Positions 26,190 through 38,700 of a stretch of 64,000 nt of DNA are shown one piece after another. The DNA lies in assembly GCA_002269645.1 (NCBI GenBank), contig NIVC01000712.1, forward strand, positions 124,001-188,000, written 5' to 3'. Numbering within the stretch: the stretch's first letter is position 1; each line of letters starts with the position of its first letter. Position numbers and translations under genes: made by a program. The notes under the pieces were generated by a model. That model saw only the letters and a list, made by a program, of their open reading frames with translations. It had not been told where the DNA came from and made no database searches. Origin of the DNA: Macrostomum lignano. Its lineage: Eukaryota.

Positions 26190-29100
26190 TAGGTAGATAG
26201 AAGCCTCACCTAGGTACGAGTCCGCCGCCCAGACTCTCCGGCCTCTCCATCAGCTGGTGAGCGGCCAGCTTAGATTTGCGCACAAATTTCACAACAACCT
26301 GAGCCCCATCGGAGCGCCGGACGGCGGCTTTAACGTAGCCGTAGGCGCCGCGGCCCAGGTGAAGCGTCACCTCGTAGCGGGAGGACAGCTCGTCTTCGGC
26401 TTCAGCTTCAGCTTCCGCCTCATCGTCAGGTGATTGAGCGGCGGCGGCGTCGGTTGAAGCGACAGACTCGTTCACTTCGGCAGCGGCTGCTTGTGGCGAT
26501 TTTCTAATAATAGAAGCTTCTCCTTCATCAACCGGTTTGGAGGCTGAATTTGGGTAAAATATTGAGTCTACATTGGTGGAATTCAAGTTGGCATTACATT
26601 TCAGTGTCGCTAACGCCACTAGATCATAAACCAGTGAACTAGTAAACCAATAAACTAGTAAACCAGTGAACTAGTAAACGAGTAAACTAGTAAACCAATA
26701 AACTAGTAAACCAGTAAACTAGTAAACCAGTAAACTAGTAAACCAGTAAACTAGCAAACAGTAAACCAGTAAACCCACCATAGTCAAGTTTATCACTACC
26801 ACTAGGTAGCCAAATTAGTATTATTTTAATAACCTTCGCACCTCGTTGGATCGAGTCTTCAATCCCTTCCCCGTCATCGCATCCATCGTCGCTGATGCTA
26901 GCAGCTTGCTCAGGCCAATCGTCGTCCTGCCTAGACAGCCAGACACAGAGCAGTCGCCTACCGCCAGTCAGTTCAATACGTTTCAAATGATAAGCCACTG
27001 GTACTGCGGTACCGGAACTGTGCAGTGCCTCCCCTGTGTAGCTGCCCGAGCCTGCAGCTGCCAATGCCGGGCAGTGGCGGGCTGAGAAACCCGGCAACAC
27101 GGAATCGATTGGCTCGCCTACTAATCGCTTGGCCGATTGGCCTAGCAACAGCTTGGCTAGCAACGGGTGAACGCTGTGCACCTGCGGAGTTGTTGGCAAA
27201 CATTTTTATCGATTCGTGTCGGATGGGTTTTATTTGTTGGTTATGGGCGATTCTCGGAATGGTTTATGGGCGATTTTTGGAATGGTTTATGGGCGATTCT
27301 TAGAATGATTTATGGGCGATTCTTGGAATGGTTTATGGGCGATTCTTGGAATGGTTTATGGGCGATTCTTGGAATGGTTTATGGGAGATTCTTGGAATGA
27401 TTTATGGGCGATTCTTGGAATGGTTTATGGGCGATTTTTGGAATGGTTTATGGGCGATTCTTAGAATGATTTATGGGCGATTCTTGGAATGGTTTATGGG
27501 CGATTCTTGGAATGGTTTATGGGCGATTCTTGGAATGGTTTATGGGAGATTCTTGGAATGATTTATGGGCGATTCTTGGAATGGTTTATGGGCGATTCTT
27601 AAAATGGTCTATGAGCGATTCTTGGGATGGTTTATGAGCGATTCTTGCAATGGTTTATGGGCGATTCTTGCAATGGTTTATGGGCGATTCTTGCAATGGT
27701 TTATGGGCGATTCTTGCAATGGTTTATGGGCGATTCTTGCAATGGTTTATGGGCGATTCTTGGAATGGTTTATGGGCGATTCTTAAAATGGCTTGTGGGC
27801 GATTCCTAAAATGGTTTATGGGCGATTCTTGATCGATTATGGGCGATTCTTAATCTGTTATGGGCATATTCTTGATGGTTTTGGGCGATTCTTGATTAAT
27901 TATGGAGGTTATAGGTTATAGGATAATTGAGGTGTTTTATGGGCAATTTTCCAAATGTCTAATCAGGTATTCTTAGAAAGTTTAACAACAGGACTTCAAT
28001 AAGATTGCATAAGAATTGAAGAAAAAACCAAACTGTTAGCAGCCAATAAACCTACTGTCAATGCCGATTTGCCATCATCCGCAGCATCCTCGGCCACCGT
28101 CATCAAGCCCGACACGTTGCAATAGAATGTGAGCGTGGCAATCAGGCTGCCCGGCTCCGACCTGTCAACCCGAACCGAGCACGGATGATCGCAGCCGGCC
28201 GCCAACACCGACGCGGCAAACGTGGCGCTGGTTTCGCCTTTAGGCGGCGGCCGGCAGCCAGGCAGTAAATTGAATAGCGGCCGGCCAGTTGTGTCCGGGG
28301 GCAGCAGGCGGGCGGCCGGGCCAGTAGGCGGGCTGGTCACGATGCCGTCTGAGTCAGCGGTCAGACAGGCCACTACACAGTGCACAGGTTCAAGGATCAC
28401 CAGCGCGCTGGCGTCACCCGGGGAGACGGACTGGGTATTGGAGGATTGAGGGGGGGGGCGTGAGATGAGTGCTTAATATTTGTAAGGACTGGATATAGGG
28501 GGAGAGAATGCCCAAGAGAAGGAGAGTGTGGAAATGAGAGGGGAGGAGAAAGGAAGAGGGACTGGAAAATTAAAGAGCGATAAAAAGAGAAGCGGACAAG
28601 GGATAGAAAAAGGAGGCGAAGAGAAAGGAAGAGGGAAAAAAGAGAAGCGGGAAGAAGGATAGGGAGAGGGAGGGGAAAGACAGGGAAGGAGAGGTAAAGT
28701 GGGTAGAGAGGGGAGAGGGAGAGGGTGAAAGGGATAGAGAGAAAGGGGAGAGGGGAGAGGGGGAAGAGGGGAGAGAGGGGAGAGACGGGAGAAGGAGGAT
28801 AAGAGGAAAAGAAAAGAGAAGAGGGGAAAGAGGAAAGAGAGGAATATAAGAGAAGGGGAGAGGGAGAATGCGGGAGGGGAGAGGGAGTGAAAAAGGAAGA
28901 GGGTTAAATGGATAGAGTAGTGGAGGGTCATGAAGAGAAGGGAGACAGAGAGGGTAAAGGGAAGGGAGTAGAGAAAATAGGTCACTACTAACTAATTTCG
29001 AGTAATATATAATATTCTAATAAACTCAATAAACTTCACAAGCCATCACTGTCCTTAGGCAGTAAATAAGCAGACAGCTTAGGTGAGTAACCAGGTGAGC

Positions 29101-30461
29101 TTAAATAACTACTCAAACTAATTATTAGCTGCATACCTTGGCCCACACACTAACTGGCTGGCCAGTGCTCCTACACTCGAACAGTTTCCCATTGAGTGGC
29201 ACAGCTTCTCCTGCCACATCAATAGCCGTCTCTGGCACGCTGGCCACAGAAGATTCGCCGCCTCCGCGTCGACCAATCAGCGACAAGAGCCGCCGGCCAA
29301 TCAGAGCTTCGGTCTGGCAGTCGTTGAACAATTGGCCAAATACAGTGTTGGCTGTCAGTATGCGAGTTGTGCGCCTGTCTATGGTGCAGATCGCCTTGGC
29401 CGGGCTGCGGGCCTGCGGGAGGTTGCCGTTGACATGGGGGCGATTCTCACTGTGTTGTGGCAATTCTCACTGTGACTGTTGGGGCGATTCTCACTGTGAC
29501 TGCTAAGGCGATTCTCACTGTGACTGTTGGGGCGATTCTCACTGTGACTGTTGGGGCGATTCTCACTGTGATTGTTGGGGCGATTCTCACTGTGACTGTT
29601 GGGGCGATTCTCATTGTGATTGTTGGGGCGATTCTCACTGTGACTGTTAGGGCGATTCTCACTGTGACTGTTGGGGCGATTCTCACTGTGACTGCTAAGG
29701 CGATTCTCACTGTGACTGTTGGGGCGATTCTCACTGTGACTGTTGGGGCGATTTTCACTGTGACTGCTAAGGCGATTCTCACTGTGACTGCTGTGGCGAT
29801 TCTCACTGTGACTGTTGTGGCGATTCTCACTGTGACTGCTAAGGCGATTCTCACTGTGACTGCTGTGGCGATTCTCACTGTGACTGTTGTGGCGATTCTC
29901 ACTGTGACTGCTAAGGCGATTCTCACTGTGACTGTTGTGGCGGACACAAACCTTTCTCACCTGATCGCACAGCTGTCGCAGACTCTGCTGTTGCCCCCTG
30001 GACGCCGAAGAGAACCCTGAGCTGCTACGATTGAGAAAATTGCAGAATGCGTAGGATCTAGATAAACTGTCGTTTAAAGAAGCGTTCAGATTGAGCTGCT
30101 GCTGCTGCTGCTGAAACTTCTGATGCAGAGTTAACCTACTAGCACTAGCGGCCGCATTGAAACTAACTCCATAGCAATTGTCTGCGGCAGAGAATTCGTC
30201 CAAGTCCAACAGGCTGCTGGACATGAGGCAGCGTTCTTCATCATCGCAGCCTCCTGCTGCTTGTTCTTGATCGCTACTATTCGAATTCGACTGCAGTAGG
30301 GCGTGCAACTCTCTAGACGAGTCTTTCAATCGATCGAGTGGTGACGGACGGTTTGGAGTTCCAAGCATTAGGGGCCGGCTGGTGTTAGCGGGGCCTGGTT
30401 TAGGTGTTAGCGACAGCTGAGCATCAGTTTGCTCCTCGATGGCACTTGAATCGGCTAGCAT
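24738..30461 (-). CDS. PASK: PAS-domain serine/threonine kinase, 7 exons, ~870 aa (an upstream exon is possible)
   Basis: Exons 30461-29961, 29412-29137 (PAS: AICTIDRRTTRILTAN), 28430-28056 (ILEPV...NVSGLMTV), 27181-26842 (LLLGQSAKRLVGEPIDSVLPGF), 26618-26210 (LGRGAYGYV...VVVKFV), 25859-25339 (HRDLKDEN, DFG, FCGTMEYCAPE) and 24928-24738 (HPWTSQPVNIDCYNFEDV, TAG). Junctions are GT-AG with matching phases. The exon 5 acceptor could alternatively be an in-frame downstream AG. Confidence 0.93.
24955..25320. repeat. ~20-bp minisatellite (GATCCCAATTGGAGTCTGGT)n in PASK intron 6
   Basis: Tandem GATCCCAAT cores. Confidence 0.88.
25920..26200. repeat. (GATA)n microsatellite in PASK intron 5
   Basis: Directly visible. 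Confidence 0.95.
26630..26780. repeat. 16-bp (2x8) minisatellite (AAACCAGTAAACTAGT)n in PASK intron 4
   Basis: Directly visible. Confidence 0.9.
27235..27900. repeat. 23-bp minisatellite (GGGCGATTCTTGGAATGGTTTAT)n in PASK intron 3
   Basis: About 28 units; 23-aa ORF period. Confidence 0.95.
28480..28980. repeat. GA-rich low-complexity tract in PASK intron 2
   Basis: Almost pure purine on the + strand. Confidence 0.9.
29440..29940. repeat. 24-bp minisatellite (GCGATTCTCACTGTGACTGTTGGG)n in PASK intron 1
   Basis: About 21 units; 8-aa period NSHSENRP on the - strand. Confidence 0.95.
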
Positions 30462-30779
30462 GTCGCGCAAGTTCTGAGATATGGTTTCAGAGTTTGGTCA
30501 GCTAATGTGATGACAAAATTTAAAATAGCTTGACAAAAATTTGCAAGAACTGATCTTTTGTCGAAAAAAAATCATTTTATTTGGTATAATGCCTTCTGCG
30601 AGTACTAGACTGTCTAGATCCTTATTAATTAGATAGTTAGATAATTAATAACTACGTTTAGGAATGCATCATGTGTCGGTAAACTCTGGACCACAAAGTT
30701 TCTCTATCCGGCCATCGGGTCCTTTGAAACTTCACATTACGAGCTAGCAATTCGGCTCGCACAAGGGTTGGCCCATTTT

Positions 30780-31715
30780 CAGGTCTCTTCTCTCTTCTCC
30801 TCTCACCCTTCTCCTTTTCTCTCGCCTCTCCTCTCAACTTTTTTCTCCCTCCTCTCCTATCACTCCTTTTCTCCCTCCTGTCCTCACCCCTCTTCTCTCT
30901 TCCCTCCTTTCACCTCTCTTCCCCCTCTCACCCCTCTTCTCTCTTCACTCCTTTCACCTCTCTTCCCCCTCTTCTCTTTCCCCTCTCGGCCTCTCACCCC
31001 TCTTCTCTCTTCCCTCATTTCACCTCTCTTTCCCCTCTTCTCTCTTCCCCTGTCACTCCTCTTCTCTCTTCTCTCTTTCCCTTCTCACCCCTCTTCTCTC
31101 TTTCCCCTCTCACCCCTCTTCTCTCTTCCCCTCTCACCCCTCTTCTCTCTTCTTTCTTTCCCCTCTCACTCCTCTTCTCTCTTTCCCCTCTCACCCCTCT
31201 TCTCTCTTCCCCTCTCACCCCTCTTCTCTCTTTCCCCTCTCACCCCTCTTCTCTCTTCCCTCCTTTCACCTCTCTTTCCCCTCTTCTCTCTTCCCCTGTC
31301 ACCCCTCTTCTCTCTTCTCTCTTTCCCTTCTCACCCCTCTTCTCTCTTTCCCCTCTCACCCCTCTTCTCTCTTCCCCTCTCACCCCTCTTCTCTCTTCTT
31401 TCTTTCCCCTCTCACTCCTCTTCTCTCTTTCCCCTCTCACCCCTCTTCTCTCTTCCCCTCTCACCCCTCTTCTCTCTTCTCTCTTTCCCCTCTCACCCCT
31501 CTTCTCTCTTCCCTCCTTTCACCCCTCTCACCCCTCTTCTCTCTTTCCCATCTCACCCCTCTTCTCTCTTCTCTCTTTCCCCTCTCACCCCTCTTCTCTC
31601 TTCCCCCCTCTCACCCCTCTTCTCTCTTCTCTCTTCCACCCTCTCACCATCTCTTCTCTCTTCCCCCCTCTCACCTCTCTTCCTCTCTTCCCTCCTTTCA
31701 TCCCTTTTCTCTCCT
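30780..31715. repeat. CT-rich low-complexity/minisatellite tract (CCCCTCTCACCCCTCTTCTCTCTT) upstream of PASK
   Basis: Polypyrimidine with internal ~225-bp duplications. Confidence 0.92.
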
Positions 31716-32782
31716 ATGTTCATGACATATAAATTTACTTTGATGGTCCACAAGGTGCATACAACAAGCCATTGTTCTTCCTTAGAATACACATCCATTA
31801 TTTAGCATTTGCATAAAAACTGCATAGCATTTACTCATTTGAACTCATTTGAAACAAGTACATAACTAGAGTGGCTCTTTGAGAAACACCTTTTCTGAAC
31901 TCTTTAACTATAGACAAAAAACTAGCTATCTGATTTTTTTCTTTTTTCCTACTATTACTATCATATTTATACAATCTGAATATTACTTAGCCAATTTAAT
32001 TATAGTTTAAATTATTGAAATTGTAATATACTTGCATCTAAAAAGCCTTTTTGCAATATAGGCCTATTTTTATACATGCAATTTATCTCTATTTGTTATA
32101 TAATTAAATATAGGTATGCATATTTGAATATTTAATGTCGTCATTAAAACCAAAGCTACATTAGGCGCATTCCATATAAGATGGACATATTTGGAAAATA
32201 AAAAAGTCAATATTTTTGCTTGTCATTACCTTATCAGCCATTTTTTACCAAATCTTTTTTATATGTAATGTATACAGTCTAAGAATAAATAAATTATAAA
32301 ATGTTGGATTAGTATGTTATCAATTGGCGAAAAGTTATTTTTGTAAAAAATTGACATTTTCTAAGCAAAAGACATCATTAAGTTTATGTACCTTTTAAAA
32401 ACAAATAGAAAGCTTTAGAAGGTTAAAACAAACTATATATAAAACTATAGTACTTGCATCATCAGAAAAAAACATTAGCAACTATATAATCTATTATATT
32501 TTTAATATATTAGTACCTCAAAGTTACTGAATTGACTGAAATAAATATGTTACGACCATAATGTTACAACCATAAGGCTGCCTTTTCTTTTGTATCTTCG
32601 TTGCCTTTTTGAGTTTATATATTCTAATAAAAGAGTATGACTTTTAAAGATGTTTTTAGTCAAATTTAAAAAAAAATTATTGCAAAATATCAAAAATGAT
32701 AAAGGTTATAAGACTTTTACCTTTTAGTTTCTATATGTCAAAAATCCTATTGTTATGACCATAAGTGCCATTCAAGGTTTAA

Positions 32783-35700
32783 TCTATCGCAAGCTATGCG
32801 ATAGATTTCAGAAAAAATGGCTCAACCGATTTTCTTCAAACTTGCACCATTCGATCAGAAATTTTCCTGGGACGGTACATGCATCCTGGCTAAGATTTTG
32901 CTCAATTTTAAAGGGATTAAATATTCGAAAAACATGCTTTTTTGCAAAGGTCAAGCAGCTCTTTCGACCTGGAATGCATTGTAAGAATGCTAGAGAAAAA
33001 ACTGACTGGCTGAATTCCGATTGTGATAAAGATTGCATCACAACAATTTGAAAACAGTGTCGAAGAAATGCACACCCGACTTGATTAAAATTGTGTAACC
33101 ATATTGCTAACTTCAATTAAGACTGATACTGGCTGACTGAGAAATTGATTATGTCATAAATTTTTACTCTAACCGACTTGCGACTTTCTAACCGAATTGA
33201 ATTATAAGGGCCACAATTCATGTGCTCCAATTAAAAAAAGATAGCCTAGATGCAAACAGACTGGACTGCTAATGTAGCGAACTGGGTTCGAATCTTGGTA
33301 GCGCAAAATGATTTTTTATTAAAACACCTTAAAAACAAAAAACTGCTAAACATAAAAGAAGCACTATGTCAAACATACAAGAGCCACCATGTCAAACATA
33401 AAAGAGCCACCATTTCGAATGTAGAGTTACCATTAAGAACATTAAAGAGCCACCATGTCGAACATTAAAAAGCCACCATGTCAAACATAAAACAGACACC
33501 ATTAAGAACATTAAAGAGCCACCATGTCGAAACATTAAAGAGCCACCATGTCAAACATAAAACAGACACCATTAAGAACATTAAAGAGCCACCATGTCGA
33601 ACATTAAAAAGCCACCATGTCAAACATTAAAGAGCCACCATTTCAAACCTAAAAGAGCCACCATGTCGAACATTAAAAAGCCACCATGTCAAACATTAAA
33701 GAGCCACAATGTCAAACATTAAAGAGCCACCATTTCAAACCTAAAAGAGCCACCATGTCGAACATTAAAGAGCCACCATGTCGAACATTAAAGAGCCACA
33801 ATGTCAAACATTAAAGAGCCACCATTTCAAACCTAAAAGAGCCACCATGTCGAACATTAAAGAGCCACCATGTCGAACATTAAAAAGCCACCATGTAAAA
33901 AATTAAAGAGCCACCATTTCAAACCTAAAAGAGCCACCATGTCGAACATTAAAGAGCCACCATGTCAAACATAAAAAAGCCACCATATCAAACATAAAAA
34001 CTACCATGTCAAACATTAAAGAGCCACCATGTCGAACATTAAAGAGCCACCATGTCAAACATAAAACAGACACCATTAAGAACATTAAAGAGCCACCATG
34101 TCGAAACATTAAAGAGCCACCATGTCAAACATAAAACAGACACCATTAAGAACATAAAAGAGCCACCATGTCAAATATTATAGAGCCACCATGTCAAACA
34201 TTAAAGAGCCACCAGGTCAAACATGAAAGTGCCACCATGTAAAACATTAAAGAACCACCATGTCGAACATTAAAGAGCCACCGTGTCAAACATAAAACAG
34301 CCACTATTTCGAACATTAAAGAGCCACCATGTCGAACATTAAAAAGCCACCATGTAAAACATTAAAGAGCCACCATGTAGAACATAAAACAACCACCATT
34401 TCAAACATTAAAAAGCCACCATGTCAAACATTAAAGAGCCACCATGTCGAACATTAAAGAGCCACAATGTCAAACATTAAAGAGCCACCATTTCAAACCT
34501 AAAAGAGCCACCATGTCGAACATTAAAGAGCCACCATGTCGAACATTAAAAAGCCACCATGTAAAAAATTAAAGAGCCACCATTTCAAACCTAAAAGAGC
34601 CACCATGTCGAAGATTAAAGAGCCACCATGTCAAACATAAGAGAGCCACCATGTCGAACATTAAAGAGCCACCTTGTCAAAAATTAAAGAGCCACCATGT
34701 CGAACATTAAAGAGCCACCATGTCAAACATAAAACAGCCACTATGTCGAACATTAAAGAGCAACCATGTCAGACATAAAACAGAGCCACCATTTCGAAAA
34801 TTAAAGAGCCACCATGTCAAAAATTAAAGAGCCACCATGTCGAACATTAAAAAGCCACCATGTCAAACATTAAAGAGCCACCATTTCAAACCTAAAAGAG
34901 CCACCATGTCGAACATTAAAAAGCCACCATGTCAAACATTAAAGAGCCACAATGTCAAACATTAAAGAGCCACCATTTCAAACCTAAAAGAGCCACCATG
35001 TCGAACATTAAAGAGCCACCATGTCGAACATTAAAGAGCCACCATGTCAAACATAAAAGAGCTTCCATGTCAAACATTAAAGAGCAACCATGTCGAACAT
35101 TAAAGAGCCACCATGTCGAACATTAAAAAGCCACTATGTAAAAAATTAAAGAGCCACCATTTCAAACCTAAAAGAGCCACCATGTCGAAGATTAAAGAGC
35201 CACCATGTCAAACATAAGAGAGCCACCATGTCGAACATTAAAGAGCCACCATGTCAAACATAAAACAGCCACTATGTCGAACATTAAAGAGCAACCATGT
35301 CAGACATAAAACAGAGCCACCATTTCGAAAATTAAAGAGCCACCATGTCAAAAATTAAAGAGCCACCATGTCGAACATTAAAAAGCCACCATGTCAAACA
35401 TTAAAGAGCCACAATGTCAAACATTAAAGAGCCACCATTTCAAACCTAAAAGAGCCACCATGTCGAACATTAAAGAGCCACCATGTCAAACATAAAAGAG
35501 CTTCCATGTCAAACATTAAAGAGCAACCATTTCAAACCTAAAAGAGCCACCATGTCGAACATTAAAAAGCCACCATGTCAAACATTAAAGAGCCACAATG
35601 TCAAACATTAAAGAGCCACCATTTCAAACCTAAAAGAGCCACCATGTCGAACATTAAAGAGCCACCATGTCGAACATTAAAGAGCCACAATCTCAAACAT

Positions 35701-38700
35701 TAAAGAGCCACCATTTCAAACCTAAAAGAGCCACCATGTCGAACATTAAAGAGCCACCATGTCGAACATTAAAAAGCCACCATGTAAAAAATTAAAGAGC
35801 CACCATTTCAAACCTAAAAGAGCCACCATGTCAAACATAAAACAGACACCATTAAGAACATTAAAGAGCCACCATGTCGAAACATTAAAGAGCCACCATG
35901 TCAAACATAAAAAAGAGACCATTAAGAACATAAAAGAGCCACCATGTCAAATATTATAGAGCCACCATGTCAAACATTAAAGAGCCACCAGGTCAAACAT
36001 GAAAGTGCCACCATGTAAAACATTAAAGAACCACCATGTCGAACATTAAAGAGCCACCGTGTCAAACATAAAACAGCCACTATTTCGAACATTAAAGAGC
36101 CACCATGTCGAACATTAAAAAGCCACCATGTCAAACATTAAAGAGCCACCATTTCAAACCTAAAAGAGCCACCATGTCGAACATTAAAGAGCCACCATGT
36201 CGAACATTAAAGAGCCACAATGTCAAACATTAAAGAGCCACCATTTCAAACCTAAAAGAGCCACCATGTCGAACATTAAAGAGCCACCATGTCGAACATT
36301 AAAAAGCCACCATGTAAAAAATTAAAGAGCCACCATTTCAAACCTAAAAGAGCCACCATGTCGAAGATTAAAGAGCCACCATGTCAAACATAAGAGAGCC
36401 ACCATGTCGAACATTAAAGAGCCACCTTGTCAAAAATTAAAGAGCCACCATGTCGAACATTAAAGAGCCACCATGTCAAACATAAAACAGCCACTATGTC
36501 GAACATTAAAGAGCAACCATGTCAGACATAAAACAGAGCCACCATTTCGAAAATTAAAGAGCCACCATGTCAAAAATTAAAGAGCCACCATGTCGAACAT
36601 TAAAAATCCACCATGTCAAATATTAAAGAGCCACCATTTCAAACCTAAAAGAGCCACCATGTCGAACATTAAAAAGCCACCATGTCAAACATTAAAGAGC
36701 CACAATGTCAAAAATTAAAGAGCCACCATTTCAAACCTAAAAGAGCCACCATGTCGAACATTAAAGAGCCACCATGTCGAACATTAAAGAGCCACCATGT
36801 CAAACATAAAAGAGCTTCCATGTCAAACATTAAATAGCAACCATGTCGAACATTAAAGAGCCACCATGTCGAACATTAAAAAGCCACCATGTAAAAAATT
36901 AAAGAGCCACCATTTCAAACCTAAAAGAGCCACCATGTCGAAGATTAAAGAGCCACCATGTCAAACATAAGAGAGCCACCATGTCGAACATTAAAGAGCC
37001 ACCTTGTCAAAAATTAAAGAGCCACCATGTCGAACATTAAAGAGCCACCATGTCAAACATAAAACAGCCACTATGTCGAACATTAAAGAGCAACCATGTC
37101 AGACATAAAACAGAGCCACCATTTCGAAAATTAAAGAGCCACCATGTCAAAAATTAAAGAGCCACCATGTCGAACATTAAAAAGCCACCATGTCAAACAT
37201 TAAAGAGCCACCATTTCAAACCTAAAAGAGCCACCATGTCGAACATTAAAAAGCCACCATGTCAAACATTAAAAAGCCACAATGTCAAACATTAAAGAGC
37301 CACCATTTCAAACCTAAAAGAGCCACCATGTCGAACATTAAAGAGCCACCATGTCAAACATAAAAGAGCTTCCATGTCAAACATTAAAGAGCAACCATGT
37401 CAAACATTAAAGAGCCACCATGTCGAACATTAAAGAGCCACCATGTCAACAAAAAAAGCCAACATTTCGAAAATTAAAGAGCCACTATGTCAAACATTAA
37501 AGAGCCACCATGTCAAACATTAAAGAGCCACCATGTCAAACATAAAACAGACACCATTAAAAACATTAAAGAGCCACCATGTCGAACATTAAAGAGCCAC
37601 CTTGTCAAAAATTAAAGAGCCACCATGTCGAACATTAAAGAGCCACCATGTCAAACATAAAACAGCCACTATGTCGAACATTAAAGAGCAACCATGTCAG
37701 ACATAAAACAGAGCCACCATTTCGAAAATTAAAGAGCCACCATGTCAAAAATTAAAGAGCCACCATGTCGAACATTAAAGAGCCACCATGTCAAAGATAA
37801 AAGAGCCACCATGTCAAACATTGAAGAGACCCCATGTCAAACATTAAAGAGCCACCATGTCGAACATAAAGAGGCACCATGTAAAACATATACGTAACTC
37901 CATGTCAAAAATTGAAGCGACACCATGTCGAACATAAAAGAGCCACCATGTCAAACATTAAAGAGCCACCATGTCGAACATAAAAGAGCTTCCATGTCAA
38001 ACATTAAAGAGCAACCATGTCAAACATAAAAGAGCCATCATGTCAAACATATAAGTGACTTTATGTAAAGCATTAAAGAGCTACCATATCAGACATATAC
38101 ATGACTCCATGTCAAGTATATACGTGAATCCATGGTAGACATTAAAGAGCCAACATGTTAAAAATACAAGAGCCACCATGTCGAACATTAAAGAGCTAAC
38201 ATGTTAAAAATACAAGAGCCACCATGTCAAACATATACATGACTCTATGTCAAACATTGAAGAGACACCATGTCGAACATAAAAGAGCCACCATGGCAAA
38301 CATATACATGACTCTATGTCGAACAATCAAGAGCCACCATGTCAAAAATATACATGACTCCATGTCAAACATTAAAGAGCCACCATGTCGAACATTTAAG
38401 AGCCACCAGGTCAAACATGAAAGTGCTACCATGTAAAATATTAAAGAGCCACCATGTCAAACAGTAAAGAGCCACCAGGTCAAACATATACATGACTCCA
38501 TGTCAAACATTAAAGAGCCGCAATGTCAAACATTAAAGAGCCATCATGTCTAACATTAAAGAGCCATCATGTCTAACATAAAAGAGCACCATGTCAAACA
38601 TTAAAGAGCCACCATGTCGAACATTAAAGAACCACCATGTCGAACATTACAGAGCCACCATGTCGAACATTAAAGAGCCACCATTTCAAACATTGAAGAG

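Noticed and set aside
29413-29460. Alternative PASK exon 2 acceptor at CACAG|TGAG (~29451)
   Set aside because: In the phase required by exon 1 it gives an immediate TGA; the CCCGCAG acceptor at 29413 preserves the frame.
30768-31805. 345-aa Leu/Ser/Pro/Phe ORF that could be read as a membrane protein
   Set aside because: It is a pure polypyrimidine tract, which cannot contain stop codons, so the ORF is an artefact.
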